Positions 63,627 to 64,000 of a stretch of DNA of 64,000 bases are shown piece by piece. The stretch comes from Hemiscyllium ocellatum (Eukaryota). Under the pieces are notes generated by a model. The model had not been told where the DNA came from. It ran no database searches and was given only the letters and a program-made list of their open reading frames with translations. The position numbers and the translations under genes were made by a program. Positions within the stretch are counted from its first letter, which is position 1; each line of letters opens with the position of its first letter. The DNA is taken from positions 28,767,231-28,831,230 of the forward strand of contig NC_083435.1 in NCBI RefSeq assembly GCF_020745735.1. The letters run 5' to 3'.

Positions 63627-64000
63627 GAGCTCTGACAATGCAGCATTCTCACTGTACTGACTCTCTCACAGTGCAGCACTCCCTCAGTACTGACCCTCTG
63701 ACAATTAAACACCCGCAGGACAGGGGCAGTATTGCAATGTCAGAAAGCCAGTACTGAAGGAACTCTGCACTTCAGACAATCAGTATAGAAGGAATGGTCC
63801 AGCATCAGACAAGCTGTTAAGTGATCGACGATTTTAATTTTAAGGGAGCCCAACACCAAAAGGGTCAGTCCTGAACTGTTACCAAATTAGCACGGAGGCA
63901 GTGTTGCACTATCAGAGATTTCTGAACCAAGGGAATGCTGCACTGAGCGAGGGTCAGTCCTGAGGAAATCCCTGCACTGTCAGAAAGTCAGTAGAGAATG
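63627..64000. repeat. 33-bp minisatellite family (same as 21970), with an orientation switch near 63710
   Basis: Seen: gtgcagcactccctcagtactgaccctctgaca on +, then reverse-complement words (agggtcagtcctgag, tgcactgtcaga) to the window end. Confidence 0.8.

Overview
Repeat-dense vertebrate genomic DNA, almost certainly a cartilaginous fish (inferred from HE1/V-SINE-type and SacSINE1-type SINEs, shark-type CR1 LINEs and GPR139-like paralogues). Host genes all lie on the minus strand. They are: (1) an orphan, inactivated MHC class I alpha2-domain exon at 3316-3579, which the ORF track misses because of an in-frame TGA; (2) a complete two-exon GPR139/GPR142-like orphan GPCR (20517-20454 joined to 14281-13392, 317 aa); (3) a second paralogue with an open exon 2 (53909-52954) but apparently a broken exon 1; (4) an intronless M2/M4-type muscarinic receptor (60493-59093, 466 aa) with changes at conserved pocket residues. 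The rest is mostly retroelements. The most distinctive are Penelope-like elements (PLEs) of several families whose 3' termini carry minimal type I hammerhead ribozyme motifs (about 13 full or partial copies). These include two head-to-head inverted insertions and a 133-bp ribozyme-plus-tail insertion, each bounded by a target-site duplication. A ~700-bp-arm inverted duplication sits in the intron of the first GPCR. All alignments were done by eye; repeat boundaries are approximate unless a TSD or splice site fixes them.
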